Assembly: GCF_000143415.4 (NCBI RefSeq)
Contig: NW_003314399.1
Location: 205,428-269,427, forward strand
Reading direction: 5' to 3'
Length of the DNA stretch: 64,000 nucleotides
From: Selaginella moellendorffii
Taxonomy: Eukaryota > Plantae > Lycopodiophyta
In this document: in pieces, positions 36,052 to 49,809 of the stretch
Numbering within the stretch: the stretch's first letter is position 1
How the letters are laid out: every line of letters starts with the position of its first letter
The notes under the pieces: generated by a model
Databases searched by the model: none
What the model saw: only the letters and a program-made list of their open reading frames with translations
What the model was told of the DNA's origin: nothing
Program-made: the position numbers and the translations under genes

Positions 36052-37073
36052 GAAGATGAACGAAAAAAGAAAGAGCAAAAGAAGAGAAATGACAAAAAAG
36101 CTGGAAAGAAATGGTAGATCTAGACAATGCAAAAAGCTAGATCGAAACCAAAATCCTGAAAGGAAAGAACAAAAGAAAGGAAATGGAAAAAGCTAGATCT
36201 AGACAATGCAAAAGCTAGATCTAAATCGAAATCCCAAATCCAAGCACTCCCCAGGGACAATCAAAGGTGCCCCTCATCTCCACCAATGTGAGTGCATGGA
36301 ATATGGAAAGGGAATACAGAAATGTGCATATTAATTAGCCCAAAAACCCTAGCTTATATACAGGAGCGAGTGGTCCAGATTGAAACCAATCCGACAGCTA
36401 CCAAAATCCACTACGTTAATATTAGTATACGGCATCGTAACCGTACACTTGGCCCTCACAGTGCTTAATATTAAAATTACAAATATTAGGCAAAATTATA
36501 ATGAAGAAATAACTTAGATAATTTGTGATATTAAAAATTAAAAATTTCTGTTTAATTTTTTTTAAAATAATTTTCTTTCAACAGACTTTTTTTAAAAAAT
36601 GCTAGTATTATTCTAAAATTATTTCAGATTTACTTGATTTAATAATTCAAGATCCAACTATTTTAGTGATTACCCACCTGAACAAATCTTTCATTTTCTA
36701 TACAAGCACCACAATGGATGTTACCCACATTTGAGTGGCATTGCCTTCACAATGATATCAGAAGAACCCCAGGAGTGAGGCAGAAGTTAAAATTGGATCG
36801 AAGAACCATCATCACGTTGGTCGCCAGATTCTACCTAGTGGAGAACCCTGGTTCGAATCCAGGTTCATGATGATGATTTTGTCAAAAGGTTTGGATTGTT
36901 GGAAGCCTAGCAAATATTTTCAACACGTAGTTTTATTGTAGGGTTTTTTGGGAAGAAGCTGCGATGGCGCGGCGATCTCTTGGCGCTCAAGGCACCAGAG
37001 GCGGTGCTATGATCTATCTCTAGAGCTGAATTTCTCGTAGGATTCTAGATTCATCCAGGTAGCGCGAGCGGCG

Positions 37074-40000
37074 ATGCATCTCTACAATGCGTGGCTGCCG
37101 CCGCCCGTCGTGGAGGCCATCCACGGCGAGGAGGAGGTGATGGGGGAGATTGCCGATAAGCTCCAGCGGGCATGGAAGCCGAACGATCCCAAGAGCAAAT
37201 TCGCGACGCTCAAGTGGATTTCTCTCATCAACAAGTAGGATTTTCTTTGTCCTCTTTCCTTCTCTAAAAATTTTGGAAAATGTGGCCTCAGCTTGGTCAG
37301 GGCGAAAATCAGGCCGGCAAAGCCTGCTCTAGACGCTGTAGCGAGGCTTGGATTCGACGTCTTCTTCCATTCTTCAGACAATTTATTTGTCCAGGTATGA
37401 AGAAAATTACGTGGAGATCGCCTCGATAGTCTTATATAATTTTGTCACAGGTTCGATGGGCCTCGTGCTTGTCTAAACTTCTTAGCAAGTACCACAAGGA
37501 TATAACTTTGGAGCTCGACTGGAGGAAATTCTACGAGATGATGCTATTGATTCACTTCAAAAGGTTTGTTCGTTCCATTCTTTTTCATCCCGAATCAGAA
37601 GTCCTCTTTTTCATCATCCCTTCCGTTCATTGTTGTAGGAGGTTTTTCTTTGAAGGGATAGCTCTACGGCAAATTCATCTGGAATCACTAGTTCTTCTTA
37701 TATCCAACTCTCGCCGCTTCTTCCGTCCGGGATCTGCGTCAGAAATATGGGCAGAATTCAGGTGTGTCTCAATTGTGTTGTTTCGAGTATTTAGAGGCAA
37801 CATTTCATCAGACCGTACTTGGACACTGGCATTCACAATTCATCTCTGGAAGCTGTGGGTTTTCTCTCACTTTTTCTTCCAACAAAGCCTGTTGAACCGG
37901 ACACCAACGTATTTACATGGTAATATAGCTTGGTATGTCCTAGTTACGTGCTGATCACCTTACTTGTGGCAGTGATTGGTTTGGCGAATGCTTAAGACTT
38001 TGGGATGGAATCACCGATTGTCCGTACTGGGACCGTCAATGGGCTTGTTTGCTCGGGCGCTTCATCAAACATAGAGCCTATGCCTCACCGATTGACTGGG
38101 CTCCGTTCCTCCCGAGTCTATTTGGACACTTCTTGAACATGTTTGAGGTGGGATCAAATTCTCTGATAAACTTATGTGTGCCTGTTCTACAATATCCTCA
38201 GGTTCCTGTTGCAAAATCAGATGCGACACCTCCGATTGAAAGAGAAGTTCCTTACGATTTGAGGCTTGCGTTTAATGGCAACTGGAAGCCGGCACCAAAG
38301 AATGTGGCTAAAGCAATTGTAAGAGACTTTGTTACCGCACAGCTGCTTACGCCTATACTCGTTTACTTTACAGGTTTACTTGATTCAGCCTGAGGGTAGT
38401 GCACAAGATCTCTTTGAGCAACTTGTGGATCTTCTCGAACAGTTGAGTGAAGTTAAGCTTTACGACTGCTAAGTAACAAAAATGTTTGCACAGATACTAT
38501 CATCCTTCCAATGGAGGTTCATGGACATCATCACTTGAACAATTTCTGCGCCATCTATCTTATTTCTTTATTAAACGACTCTCTTACGAGCAACAGTAAG
38601 CTTCGTACTGTAGTTTTCTAATGGTTTTCATATATTTTTACTTTTGTAGGCACAATTGTCAAAAGAACTTCCTGGGGCCCGACGAAAGAGAGGCGTTCGT
38701 CAAGACAATTGTAAGGCTGATAGAAAGAGGACAATACAGCAAGAGTGGACGATTGGCTGTAACGTCTTCTAATGTGGCTTCAGGACTTGCCTTCGTCGCC
38801 CCTTCGGTTATCCTGCCTTTCATTGTGTCTCGTTTTGAAGCGGCTATGATCACTGTGAGTTGCTCATTTTGCTCCGACAAACGCTAATATGGAATGTTTC
38901 AGGTCACTGCTACGCATCAGCTTGAGTCTGCATTGACCACATTGGCCCTTGCATCTCGTGCAGTATTACTTTCGGAGAATATTGATACTGACCTTCAGAT
39001 GGAAGCAGACACATCCAATCGACTGGACTTTTCTTTTAACTTATCTTTTGTGGACTGCAAAACCACGCTGGTTGAGGCAATGTTCACCACTTTATTGGGC
39101 ATTGATGCTAACGATCCCCCTAAAACACTTGCAACCGTGCAGTTCTACGCATCCGTTGTGGCGAATGTGAGTACCTCTGAAAGATAGGTGAAAATCTGCT
39201 AATGTGGTTGTGCTCTCAGGTTGGAAGTATTGGAGAGATCACAGACGGTGGGTCTTCTGTTTTGTCTATGGATTGGTCTCAATGGCTGGACGAGTTTTTG
39301 TCCCGCCTGTTCGTCCTTTTGCGACATGTTGAGTCTGGCACGCACACGTAAGTAGTCTCGTTGAAAAGGAGAACAATTTGTCTTACGTATTTTAATTTCA
39401 TATTAGCGGGGATATAAATCTGGGTGAAGGTTCACATAAATCTTCCAGTACATTTCTCATGCAAGAACATTCTTTATACTCAACGTTGATTGAGCTTCTC
39501 TTTGGAAGGCTGACAAGGCCTTTGTTTCAACAGGTGCCTCTTTTCTTTTGGTTGTTTATTTATTTATTTTTTTATAACTTTCTTTTCGGATTCCTCAGGC
39601 TATGAAAAAAGTTGCGAAATTCGCATACAGCAACATTTTACCAGGTGCAGTCACGGAAATGGGCTTGCTTTGCTCAGCACTTGTGTACGCAAATCCTGTG
39701 GAAACAGTATCACAGGTTCTTTTACCTATCATGAAAAACGTGTTGAACACTTTAACCGACGTTGAAGCCACGGGCTCTGCTTCAAGCAGCTCAACACAGG
39801 CGGATACAAAAGTAAGAAACTTAATGGATTTCACTATCTCGCTAATTTTATTGTGACTGTTGTATTTTTTGCAGGTGAATCTTTCTCCAGCGACGGAAAC
39901 TTCCGTTTCAGCTCAGCTAACGCTGCTGTGTTTTGGCATGATGAATGCCGGACCTGCTCTTCTTCAATGCCAGGACGTTCTGAAGCGCATTATTGCTTCT

Positions 40001-43000
40001 TGCTTTAAACTTACATCCGCTAAGGTAAAAGTTTTTAGAGTTTGCACATTTATTGATGGTGTATACAGGTCAATGAGGCTGGAGAACGATTTCTTAGTTC
40101 TGTAGTGGAAAGCTTGCTGCTCTATTATCCACTTCAACAATACAGGTGACTTGGCTTAGATCGACAAATTGAATTGGACGCCTCGTTTTCTTTTGCAGAT
40201 CTTGCTCGGGATATCCTGGTCACGATGGCATAGAGTCATGGATAAGCACTAAAGAACCCTCTTTATCACTTGTATCACCTATGTGGCATCTTCCTAGTGA
40301 AGAAGAAGTAGCTTTTGCTGAAGAAGTAATCCAATTGCACCTTCGAAATGCATTATTGGATCTTCGAAGTCTCTGTGAAATGAACTCCGGTACGTTGTTT
40401 TACGTTTTTTTATAAGTTTTACTGATTTTATGTTGACAGTTCCAAACAAGGAAAAGCTACGGATACTATTGTTGCAAATTAATGGGAGTCTAAAGGGTGC
40501 CAGATCGGCCTTGCCCGATTTTACAAATGAAAGCTCCAAGGGTTCACTCCGCATTGCTGGAAAAACTGGAGCATCTGTTGGCAACTCGAAGTTAAGGGAA
40601 GAAGCTGCCGACACCTTAATCAAGGCTTGCGAGTAAGATTCAAACTTTCGTCTAATTGTATACTTATGCACGAATCTGCTTTAGGTACTTGCTGAAAGCG
40701 AAAGCTGACGACACAGCACTGCTTATTTTGCTAGTTCAATCATTAGATCTCGTTGGAAACTACGGTACTGTAGTTTTTCCTGTTTTTTTTTTCTTATTTA
40801 CTCATGTATAATTTTGTACAGGCTCACCAGAATATAACGAATGGTCTCACGGGAAGCATACTTGGAAGCTTGACTCTAAAAACCTGGTTGAGCCGAGAGT
40901 CAATTTTATCACTGGAATTCATTCTGCGGGAAAGCGCAGGTTGGTCTCCATTGGCAACTATTTGCCATCACTAATTTCTTTTTTCTGTTCAGGCCATACT
41001 GGATGATGACTGAGATGGTCTATCTTCACAATACTTGGCGTGCATCACAGGCTGGCTATCGTCACTTTGAGCGCAATGAGGTGTGTCCTTACGTGGTAAA
41101 GGTTGCAACCGAACTCTTGAAGCTCTCTCTTCACAGCTACGATGAAGTTCGCGAGTAAGAGAACTACACTTTCGTACGACCATATTTACTTGTGTGATTT
41201 GTTTAGTTTTGCGGGCGCGTCGCTGAAGAAGATGCTAAAACGGTATCCACCGCTTGTGAAGTCCTGCATGCCAACCTTGGCCTCAAGTTTGCAAGATGCC
41301 GATGCCATGGAGCACTCTGCGCTGGGTTCTTGCTCCATTCTTGCTTCTAGACCAGTATTGAGACATATTGCACAGGTTTGTGATTAAAGATCTGGTATAT
41401 TTAACTATTTGATGTTTAGGACTGGAAATCCTTGGCGATGTTCATACAAGCTGTCCTTGGAAGGTGACGTTCCAATTACTTTCAGTATTTGTTTCTGACG
41501 TTATTTGACATTTCCAGTTCTCGTCACAGTTCCGTCAAAGCTCAGACAGCTATTAGTGAGGTAGAGCTGCTTCGATCCATCTGCCATATCATACTGAGAC
41601 CCCTTTTCAGCTTGCTATTGCTTTTAGTGTTCGTTTCGGTGGAGTTCCATTGAGCGGGCTTGATACGGAGGCTAATGACGCCTTACCAAATTATAGCCAG
41701 CTTTTGTCACTCGTTAAGGATTCGTCAGATGGGGACATTGGAGCCGTTCATTGGCGGTAATTTCAGGAAGTTATAATATACTCTATCATCGAGTTAATAT
41801 CATCTTATTTCTACAGCTACAAGCTTATGGCTCATGTGGGGATGCTATGCTTGGTGCTGCCGTTGGATGACACCGATCATGCGGCAGAAATCCTGGAAAC
41901 CAGGAAGTTTTTAGCTGGTAAGTAGTAGCTACAAAGCAACGAGCGATACTCATTCTTTATATTACAGGAGAGTTCATCAATGCTCTTGGAAGTGATTTAC
42001 CATCACTCAGGCCTTTGTCCGTTATTGCTCTCTTGCTCTTATTGCGTTCGGGCCACTACAAGATAGACAGAAATGCTACCAACTTTTCTCTGGAAGACGC
42101 TTTAACTCCAGTTTTCCAACAGCCATCATTTGCCTCTCGGATGGTGAAGAACTTATCTCTAGACCATCACTACAGTGAAGGCCAGGGGCGCTCTCGTGGT
42201 GCTAGAGTCCAGGCCGCAGATTTGAGCGTCATTGGCATGATGCCAGCTTTTGTCCGTCAATGGCCAACCACTCGAAACTGGGTAGTCATCAGCAAAGGCG
42301 AAGCATTTTCTCCAAAACTTGCCAAGCTTTTTAAACGACTGGTTCAGGAGTGCGGTTCTGGTGCTCTGGAAGCTCTTCGTGGTCCCTTGGAAGATGCAGT
42401 AAATGCTAGCGAAGAGAAGACTATGCAGTGCATGGCGGCTGAGATACTGGCCGGGCTTCTACATTCAGACGTCAGAGCTGTTGTGGAAGCATGGGGAATA
42501 TGGCTCTCGGATCTGCTTCACAAGGCCCTCATGCAGGCAAATCCGGAATCTCTTGCAGAATGGGCTGCTTGTGTACGCTTTTCGTCCACTGGCAAAGGGA
42601 GGAAAGGTCTGAGGGCACCTCTTTTGCGTCAAGCTATGTTTGAAGGTCTGATGACGAGACAGTTGCCATCCACTGCGTCATCGAACCTTGTTTCAAAGCG
42701 CCTGCAGTATCTACTTTCCGTAGTGATGGAGCTGAGACCGGAAGCAGCAACGGAGCAGGAAATTAACGTGCAACTGAACCTTCTCGTAGAGGTTATGGAG
42801 TACATGGCGAATCCTTCGTCGCAGGTAATATGATATCTTCTTTCTTCTATCTTTCCTAGCGGTCGGTTTTTTCTTACCAGGTACGGCAAAACGTTGGAAA
42901 GATTATGTGCGTGCTGTGCACAAATCTCCAAGACGCTCGCAGCTCGCCGTTGCTGAATGAAAAAGATGTGCCAGATTGGAAAACAAGCTTGTTGAATGGC

Positions 43001-44249
43001 ACGGTAACAGCCACTGCGAAGATACAGAAGTCATTAGAGAATACAGAAGCCGCAGGTGATTTGAGCAGCAACACCGACGTCCAGGAAGCTGTAAAATACA
43101 TGGAAACGGTAGGTGCTTCTTGTGCCGGTCATTCTCGGATAAAAAGTCGGTGTGTTCTTCTTTTCCAGGTTTTCCAATTTTTGATAGCGGCCATGGCATC
43201 GGGACGAGCTTCTTACCTTATGCCTGTACTCGTTGGAGCTTTGCCATCTGTCTTGGCTTTACAAGTAAGTGATTTGAGCTTTAACTTCATGTTCTAATGT
43301 TTCTTATCACAGGAAACGTCGCACAAAGACATGTCTTTCCTTGCAAAACTCGCGGTGTTCCTGTATAAATGGCAGCCATTTGGCAACGAATACAGAACCA
43401 AAGCCGTTGGAGCTATCGCCTCGGCTGCAAACGATAGCAATTGGCGCACACGCCTGTCAGCATTAACGTTCTCTCAGTCCTTTGCATACAGGTTGAACTC
43501 CTTTCTTGTATCACTTGTCCTCACAATTTTTCTTCTCTAGACATGCCTTTACTCTGGAAAAAGAAGAGGTCACTCGGTTGTGGAACTGCGTGCAGAACCT
43601 TTTGTCGGATTCACAACTAGAGGTATGCATGACCTGCCGGATCTGTTTTTTTTAACTTACGTTCTGATAAAGGTGAGGGAAACGGCATCGACCACCCTTT
43701 CAGGCATGTTGAAGGGGCCCGTTAGTGATCTTCCTGTGGCCTTCCGTGAGGGCATTTTGAGTTCCTCTCAAAAGAATATGAAGTTGAAAAGCAACAGGTA
43801 CTGTGGAGCTATGCCAAATGTTCTCTTATGTTCATGCGTCCTCTTCCAGGGGCAAAGCAAGCGATGACAAGATTGTCAAGCACGGAATAGTGATGGGCTT
43901 GAGAGCATGCGTACTATCAGCACCATACGACATTCCCCGGTACTTGAAAAACTGACTTATTTTAAAAGTCCGTGTTTCGAATTTTCTACATTACAGGTGG
44001 CTTCCGGATATAATTTTTGCTCTGGCCAAATTCACGCATGAGCCATCGCCTATATCAAACACTGTCAGAAAGACAATTGCGGAGTTTCGACGGACTCACG
44101 CTGACACCTGGGCGTATCAGAAGAACTATTTTTCAGAAGAGCAACTAGAGGTACTTGGAATTTTTTGCTGCGTCTTAATTTATCTCACACTCAAAGCTTG
44201 TCCTCAGGTTCTTGCCGATTTATCATCCTCCACATCTTACTTCGCATGA
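37074..44249 (+). CDS. PA200: Proteasome activator subunit 4 (PA200/Blm10), more than 30 short GT-AG introns
   Basis: N-terminus MHLYNAWLPPPV; YYHPSNGG; LGIDANDPPKT; WRTRLSAL; C-terminal EFRRTHADTW...VLADLSSSTSYFA*. Confidence 0.96.
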
Positions 44250-44445
44250 AAAAATGCTCCGACAGACGGTTGATAACAAACACTATGTGTACATAAGTCT
44301 TTTGTCTTTTAACTATCAACTTGGTGAATTCCACCCACGAGCTAGACGCCACTTCACAGCTTTGGAAGCAGTGAAATGCTTCGCATATCCAAGTGCTCCT
44401 CGGTTCGTATATATTTGTCTGTAATCAAGACATTGTAAGGAAGCG

Positions 44446-45418
44446 ATGGGAGTCTTACAGCTGCTTCTTCTGTCCCTGTGCACATTCTTCGTCCTTGGAC
44501 GGGTTAAATCCTGAAGGGATATCAAAGAGAAATAACGAAGTTTTCTTTTCTTTTCTATTGATGCAGGCCACTGTGATGAGTTCTCACTACTGGGCCAACA
44601 AGATCAAAGACGGGAGCTTTGAATCTACCGATGCCGCTAGCTTCTGCTCGGATCTGCGACTCTTGTGCAAGGACGACGTCCCGATAGCCGACTCCTCCTT
44701 CGACTTATACGAGCCTCCATACGTTCTCGACATCTCCAGCAAGGGGCGCTTCTTCCCCGCCACTCTCCTCGTCGAAGGCACCACGCTCGCCATGGCCAAC
44801 CCCAGCTACGCCCCCGCTCCGGCGAGGCCATTCCTCCCATACTCGGTGTCTCAGCAGCTCAAGATCAACACGCAAAGCCTGCCCGAGCTCAAGAAGATGT
44901 TTGGAATCCGAGACGGCTCCAACATGGCAATCAACCTCCAAAAAGCCGCGACAACGTGCTCCGCCCCCGACCACACCTGCGTCTCCTCGATCATATCCAT
45001 GCACGAATTGATCGTCTCCAAGCTGGGGACGGGCTCCGTGAGAATGCTCCAGACCATCCTCCCGCAAGGACTCGCGTCCACCTTCAACGCCACCATCGCT
45101 CGAGTCGACAAGATCAGCAAAACAAGGCCCGAAACCGGCGACGAGGAGCCCAACGTCTCGTGCCATTCCACCATGTTTCCCTTCCAGCTCTACTCGTGCC
45201 ACTCGCTCCCGAACACGCAGATCTTCACTGTCGGGTTTGATACCATTGACCACATTGACGGGAAGTCAGCCCTCGTTGACTATGTGGCGGCGTGCCATGC
45301 CGATACCAGCACCTGGAATGCAAACTTTCCAGCGTTCAAGGAGTTGGGCATGCAGCCGGGCAAGGGCGCGGTTTGTCACTGGATTGGAGGGCTGGACATC
45401 GCTTGGGTTAGAGAATAA
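44446..45418 (+). CDS. Secreted BURP-domain protein; exons 44446-44502 and 44567-45418
   Basis: Signal peptide MGVLQLLLLSLCTFFVLG splices in frame; BURP CH-x10-CH...CHADTSTW...CHW. TATA-like motif at ~44408. Confidence 0.92.
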
Positions 45419-45825
45419 ATGGATATCCAGCCTTAATACTTTTTCTTCTTTTCTTTTTGAAAGAAAAAGAAATAAGTATTCATATAATGTATGTATTCTA
45501 AGATCCCACAAGATAATTAGTATTCTCAGAAGGTGTGGAACAGCTTAATGGGGGCATATATTCACAAACAATGTCCCTTAGGGACTGAAACATAGGCGAA
45601 GCTCTCAACTCTTAGGCCAAACTCTCATCTCTCCAGAACTCCCAATGCTAACGTAATGGAGGTTCTGCAGAGGCCCCCAAGCTCTGTGTTGTCGTTACGC
45701 TGATCGTGTGAAACGGTACTGTCAGCTCTTTAAAAGCACTCCCTCCCTGTTACAATTACAACAACTTGTTATAGATACTTGTTTGCACAGTCTCATGCTT
45801 CTTGTTGGGCACCACAAACAGAATA

Positions 45826-45848
45826 TAGATAGATAGATAGATAGATAG
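45826..45848. repeat. (ATAG)n microsatellite
   Basis: Five to six ATAG units at the edge of the duplicated block. Confidence 0.8.
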
Positions 45849-45866
45849 ACATAGGATTTTCTTTGC

Positions 45867-46740
45867 CTAATTTATCTTACATTCAAAGCTTGTCCTCAGG
45901 TTCTTGCCGATTTATCATCCTCCGCGTCTTACTGCGCATGAAGTCAGCTCGAACAGATACAAAGGTATCGTTGGTAACAAGTATTACACTGTGTGCTTAA
46001 GTTTTTTAAACTATCAACTTAGCTAGATCCAACCATTGGAAGGAAAATGCTCGCATATATACCAAATGCTCCATGTGCACATTCTTCGTCCTTGGACGGG
46101 CAAAATTCGTTGTTTCTCTTTGATATTCCTTCAAGTTTTCTTTGTTTTCTGTTTACGCGGAGATGTCGAGAGCTCGTAGGTGAGGTCGGCTATCGAAGCG
46201 TCGTCCTTCGAGCAGAAGCTAGCGGCGTCGCTAGATTCAAAGCTCCCGTCCTTGATCTTGTTGGCCCAGTAGTGAGAAGTCCTACGCGCAAACGAGCTCA
46301 ATAGCTCCAACATGTCCATCAACCTCGCCCCGCACCACATCTGCGTCTCCTCGATCAATCCATGCACGAATTGATCGTCTCCAAGCTGGGGACGAGCTCC
46401 GTGAGAGTGATCCAGACCATCCTCCCACAAGGACTCGCCTTCATCTTCAACGCCACCAGCGGTCGAGTCGACAAGATCTGCAAGAAAACGCCAGCCGGCG
46501 ACGAGGAGCTCAACGTCCCATGCCATTCAATTATGCTTCTCTTCCAGCTCTACTCGTGCCACTGGCTCCCAAACACGCAGATCTTCACCGCTGTTGACCA
46601 CGTTGACGGTAAGTCAGCCCTAGTTGACTATGGGCATGCCGACCTGGAATGCAAACTTCCAGCATTGGATGAAGCCCGGAAAGGGTGCAGTCTGCTACTG
46701 GATTGGAGGACGTGACATTGTGTAGGCTGGAGAATAAAAG
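45867..46740 (+). pseudogene. Tandem duplicate of the PA200 last exon plus a BURP pseudogene (deletions, internal inversion)
   Basis: 45867-45941 matches ~44176-44249. 46361-46737 matches ~44999-45418 with indels. ~46158-46278 is the reverse complement of ~44581-44737. Confidence 0.9.
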
Positions 46741-47482
46741 TAAAAAAAGTCCAAGATTGAGGACCCCTTCTCCACAAGTGGACATTATACACTACAAGGG
46801 GTGTTATTGATGCGTCTTGCGAAAGAAGCAAAAATGAAAAGAAGAAAAAAGCCTGATTCCTGTTAGTGTGTGGATGTATTCTACTGAGATCATGTAGTGC
46901 CCACACTCCAATTCACATACTCTACCATAGCCAAAAAGTCTCTAAGAGTCCTTTATAATCCGAACTGGATTTCAAACATATCCAATGGAGGAAGACCTTC
47001 CAACCACCATTAATTTATCAGCCAGCGCCACGGTGTAATGTGTAAGTGAACACTTCTCTGGAGAAATAGCTGCTAGGATTCAAAGCTCAGGAAGAGAACC
47101 TCTAACTGCAACGAATGAGTTTACTTTTATACTATTAGAAAATTTATAACTTACCATTTTGGATAGTAGTCTTGCAACATACCTTTGCTCATCAAATCGT
47201 ATATGCCAACGCTGAAAAGCTTTACATTAGTATTATACTGTCGATGCCAATTTCTATTCCCTTCATCCCACGTTTTTCATCCCCCATGTCTCATTTCAGC
47301 GAGAAAGTGAGCGTGTAATAACGTCATCCTGATGTCCCTCCATTTACAGTGAAAGAGATGGAGAAGTAACCTACTGTCCATGATTTTTGAGGCCATGTGC
47401 AGCGTTATTTTATTATTACATGTTCTTGGTTAAAAAACAACCACATACGATCTTCATCGTCTTGGTTGCTTGGAATTCATCC

Positions 47483-49619
47483 ATGATGGGTCTACAGCTC
47501 CCATCTGTGATCTTGTTGCTTCTTTGCATTTGCAGCAATGCATCTCATAACATGCAGGATGTTCTGAGCAGGGACAGCTTCCCAAAAGGATTTGTGTTTG
47601 GCGCTGCATCCTCTGCTTATCAGGTGATAAAGAAACTATCCCAGCGAGTGCGATTATTTCAAAGCTATTGCATTGTATTCCTCTGGCAGTATGAAGGTGC
47701 AGCTAGAGAAGATGGAAGACAACCCAGCATTTGGGATGTTTACGCGCATATCCCTGGTAAAATCTCGATGATCCCATAGCCATAGCACTCAAGTCTGTGT
47801 GATTTATGCAGGCAAGATAGTGGATAAAAGCACAGCAGATGTTGCCAGCGATCAGTACCATCGCTACAAGGTGTGATTGCTTTAAATTCAATTTCCAAAG
47901 CCTAGTGCGAGCAATCAGTTCAACCTTGCAGGAAGACATTTCCTTGCTTCATAGCTTGAATGCAGATGCATACAGGCTCTCCATTGCTTGGTCTCGCATG
48001 TTTCCTGGTAATTTGTGTTCACACCGATGCCAAAAACTGGTATACATGTAAGCTTTGAATTAATCTTGCTTCATAGATGGCACTCAGCACGTCAATCCAA
48101 AGGCAATCGCGCACTACAACGACGTTATCGATGCACTCCTTACCAAAGGTTACTCGTGTTTTAGAAGGCAGGCACCTTTTGATTGGATTCATGAGACTGT
48201 AGGCTTGAAACCATATGTGACACTCTTCCACTGGGACGTTCCCTACGCGCTGGAAAAATCTTATGGAGGATTCTTGAGCCCCCAAATTGTGTAAGTTCTA
48301 TGAGCCATGTACAGCAACGACGTGGAATTGACTTTGGAGTTTACGCGGAGGCATGTTTCAAAGCATTTGGCGACCGAGTCAAGGACTGGATCACACTCAA
48401 CGAGCCCCACGCTTTCGCTTTCTATGGCTATGGTGTCGGTCTGCTTGCTCCCGGAAGATGCTCCCCGGAGATTGGAAACTGTACGGGCGGTGACTCGTCG
48501 ACGGAGCCGTACGTTGTCACTCACCATTTGCTCCTCGCCCATGCAAAAGCAACAGAGATCTACACCAAACGTTACAAGGTCTGATAAGGAATTCTAATAC
48601 AGAGGTTCACAAGTGAATTTGCAGGCTAGCCAGAAAGGCACAATTGGTATCACACTCGATTCAAAATGGCTGGAACCCGTGTCTAACTCCAAGAAAGACA
48701 AAGCTGCAGCAGAAAGAGCCATGGAATTCGAACTTGGATGGTAAAATCAACAGCTATATCAAGGTATTATCTTTTAACATTTTTACCTTTTAGTATGCTG
48801 CATCCTGTCACGTATGGAGAGTACCCACCAGCAATGACCTCCAAAGCAGGAAGCAGGCTGCCAAAGTTCACAGCCGAGCAGAAGAAATGGCTGAAGGGCT
48901 CGTGTGATTTCATTGGCATCAATCACTACTTCAGCGTCTACGTAAAAGACAAGCCAAATAACATTCGTGTTAAAGGAGACCTCCTCAGCTCGCCCCAAAC
49001 AATCTACCAAAATGCTTACTACAAAGATGTTGACTATGCATTTCTAGGTGAGTATTAGTATGATTGATCGGTTAGTATCAACAATTGATATCCCTTTTCA
49101 GATAGAAAGAATGGCAAGCTGATAGGGAGGAACGTCAATAGTTTCTTTGTTGTTCCTTTTGGGATCAGGAAGCTGATGAGCTACATCAAGGATAATTACC
49201 GTAATCCTGTTATATATATCACTGAAAATGGTACGTACTAGCAAAGATTTTTATTCTTCTCAAAAGAGCATAATTTGCATCGCAGGGATCAGTGATATTA
49301 CAAATAGTTCAAATACTTTAGCACAGCAGCTGGATGATCAGACCAGGATCGACTATTTAAAAGCGTACTTAACAAACCTTGTAGGAGCAATACGGTAAGA
49401 CTAATTGATAATTTGATATCCAGTTTCCAGAGTGATTATCGCAGGGATGGATGCCGTGTCCAAGCATACTTCGTGTGGAGTTTCCTTGACAATTGGGAAT
49501 GGATATCGGGATTTACTGTGCGCATGGGAATTATTCACATTCAGTATGACAACAATCTAAAGCGCATTCCCAAAAAATCAGCCCACTGGTATGCTAAGTT
49601 CCTTAATAAGAAGCACTAA
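47483..49619 (+). CDS. Glycoside hydrolase family 1 beta-glucosidase (multi-exon; one suspect splice acceptor)
   Basis: Signal peptide; [18 protein letters not shown]; YRLSIAWSR; TLFHWD; TLNEP (acid/base); ITENG (nucleophile); [12 protein letters not shown]. Confidence 0.92.
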
Positions 49620-49809
49620 TCACAAGGCTATCACAAGTACCCACGCCAGTACCTCCAAAAACGTGTATTATTACTAAGATCCAAAGCTTTCATGGAGGAA
49701 ATAAAGGAGGTCTAGAGGGCACCAGAGACGTTTTAGACAGAATGGTAGTCAATTAGAAGTCAATACAGTCTTTGGACTGATTTGGCATTTTGAGCTCTTG
49801 AGCTTCCCT

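Larger units (their letters stand above)
31399..36460 (-). mobile_element. Full-length Ty3/gypsy non-chromovirus LTR retrotransposon (possibly Selgy lineage), inactivated
   Basis: 174-bp LTRs 31399-31572 and 36287-36460 (TG...CA, 7 transitions). 4-bp TSD GTGC. PBS TGGTGGAGATGAGGGG (tRNA-Ala type). PPT GAGAGGAGGGGATGA. Domain order gag-PR(VDTGS)-RT(FIDD)-RH-INT(HHCC, DDE, WKGPY); no chromodomain seen. Confidence 0.96.

Noticed and set aside
36820-36870. tRNA gene
   Set aside because: Only a T-arm/B-box-like hairpin (CCTGGTTCGAATCCAGG); no cloverleaf.
44393-44566. N-terminal extension of the 341-aa BURP ORF
   Set aside because: It reads through an intron; the spliced model from ATG 44446 gives a proper signal peptide.
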